From Camelus dromedarius (Eukaryota): DNA of 64,000 nt. Of this stretch, positions 63,415 to 64,000 are shown piece by piece. The DNA lies in the NCBI RefSeq assembly GCF_036321535.1, contig NC_087436.1:120964001-121028000 (forward strand). Direction: 5' to 3'. Made by a program: the position numbers and the translations under genes. Within the stretch, counting starts at the first letter, position 1. Every line of letters begins with the position of its first letter. The notes beneath the pieces were generated by a model. The model saw only the letters and a program-made list of their open reading frames with translations. It had not been told where the DNA came from and made no database searches.

Positions 63415-63570
63415 TCTTCTGGATCTTTCTTTCAAGACGCTCGTTCATTTTACAGAATGTTTTCAAAGAGCCAGCTCAGGGTTTAATGATCAGCTCCTCG
63501 GAGCTTTTAATTTTGAACTCGTTTACTTCGCTTTTCTCAAAATTGTTTCCTCCCTCTGTTGGGAGTGAGC
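63415..63570 (-). mobile_element. Old L1M ORF2 fragment
   Basis: ttttcaaagagccagctcagggtttaatgatcagctc...ttgtttcctccctctg resembles antisense L1 ORF2. Confidence 0.55.
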
Positions 63571-63577
63571 CGCGTGT

Positions 63578-63619
63578 GGGTCTCGCGGTGCCCCGGGCGG
63601 GTCTCCCGGTGCCCCGGGC
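63578..63619. repeat. 21-bp tandem duplication
   Basis: gggtctcgcggtgccccgggc followed by gggtctcccggtgccccgggc. Confidence 0.9.
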
Positions 63620-64000
63620 GGGGCTGGGGCTTCCCCGAGTCCTCCGCCCCGCTGCTGCCGCTGCGCCCAGGGAGGACACAGCCGCTCTCCCCGGCGCCCC
63701 CGATCCACCTCCTGCCTGGCTGAGTCCCTCTAGGGTTTTAGGACCCCCACCAGTTAACTTCATCGTTAGTTTTTAAATTAGGCATCTGTTTCCAATAGCC
63801 CCTTTTCCAGAGCTGCACCTCAGCCATTGTCTCACTTGGGCTTAACCAGTTTTGCTGTGTTTTCACCCAACCTCCTCACACGTTCTTTCATTGGACCCAG
63901 TCTCTGTCTCCTGGGAAGGCAGGTTAGGAAAGGCTTCCGGGTGTGTCTGAGTTCTTGCACACCAGAGCCGAAGTGACCCCCTGGCCTTTACAGCACCTGT

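Overview
Mammalian genomic DNA, very GC-rich by eye, with scattered CpG-dense patches. It is most likely camelid: it carries a tRNA-derived SINE of the camelid type (intact A/B boxes, 13-bp target-site duplication) and L1 3' ends of the cetartiodactyl type. I found no credible protein-coding exon, structural RNA gene or CRISPR array. Almost all ORFs in the track are GC-content or simple-repeat artefacts; the only protein-like ones are decayed LINE-1 ORF2 remnants at ~39.8-41.4 kb and ~48.9-49.7 kb. The window reads as a large intron or gene desert containing old eutherian repeats (L1M/HAL1, L2, MIR, MLT1/MLT2 LTRs, Tigger and hAT MITEs), microsatellites, CpG/GC-box patches and several AT-rich non-repeat islands with clustered transcription-factor motifs (candidate enhancers). 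I see no evidence of a new biological system. The most notable signals are strong local AT-to-GC drift inside ancient L1 relics, the candidate enhancer islands, and a few small rearrangements inside repeats. Repeat family names come from remembered consensus sequences and boundaries are approximate; both need RepeatMasker/Dfam confirmation.
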